A DNA stretch of 64,000 nt, taken from assembly GCA_030390025.1 (NCBI GenBank), contig CM059432.1:70806001-70870000 (forward strand), written 5' to 3'. Shown piece by piece: positions 63,761-64,000 of the stretch. How positions within the stretch are numbered: the first letter of the stretch is position 1; each line of letters opens with the position of its first letter. Under the pieces are notes generated by a model. That model searched no databases and was not told the origin of the DNA. It worked only from the letters and a program-made list of their open reading frames with translations. Both the position numbers and the translations under genes were made by a program. The DNA is from Squalus acanthias. Lineage: Eukaryota.

Positions 63761-64000
63761 CATCCCTAGTTGCCCTTGAGAAGGTGGTGGTGAGCCGCCT
63801 TCTTGAACCACTGCAGTCTGTGAGGTGAAGGTACTCCCACAGTGCTGTTAGGGAGGGAGTTCCAGGATTTTGACCCAGCGACGATGAAGGAACGGCGATA
63901 TACTTCCAAGTCAGGATGGTGACTTGGAGGGGAACTTGGAGGTGGTGGTGTTCCCATGTGCCTGCTGCCCTTGTCCTTCTACATGGTAGAGGTCGCGGGT
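63761..64000 (-). mobile_element. LINE family J 3' end (runs off the window)
   Basis: Reverse complement of 58335-58575. Confidence 0.88.

Overview
Eukaryotic vertebrate DNA. The repeat families (CR1, L2, RTE, Penelope, PIF/Harbinger, DeuSINE-type SINE) point to a cartilaginous fish, which is an inference. The host-gene core is a CpG-rich bidirectional promoter at ~34.36-34.62 kb. On the + strand it drives CHCHD7, whose three coding exons (40449-40502, 40588-40686, 41125-41229) splice to a complete 85-aa twin-CX9C protein that the ORF track misses. On the - strand it drives a non-coding first exon (~34385-34230) that I identify as PLAG1 from synteny and recalled similarity to the human 5'UTR; the left 34 kb is then PLAG1 intron 1. 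Nearly all long ORFs in the track come from transposons or low-complexity sequence. Notable non-genic structure: minimal hammerhead-ribozyme motifs in Penelope terminal repeats (one with an intact core and GUC site at 45585-45619); a 28-bp VNTR and 2.5-kb purine tract next to the promoter; a nearly homogeneous 59-bp array at the 5' end of a decayed CR1; deep transposon nests; a Harbinger/MITE family with a C-WWW-G target preference; and two short locally templated insertions. I found no convincing wholly new biological system. Repeat family names come from motif recognition, not database searches.
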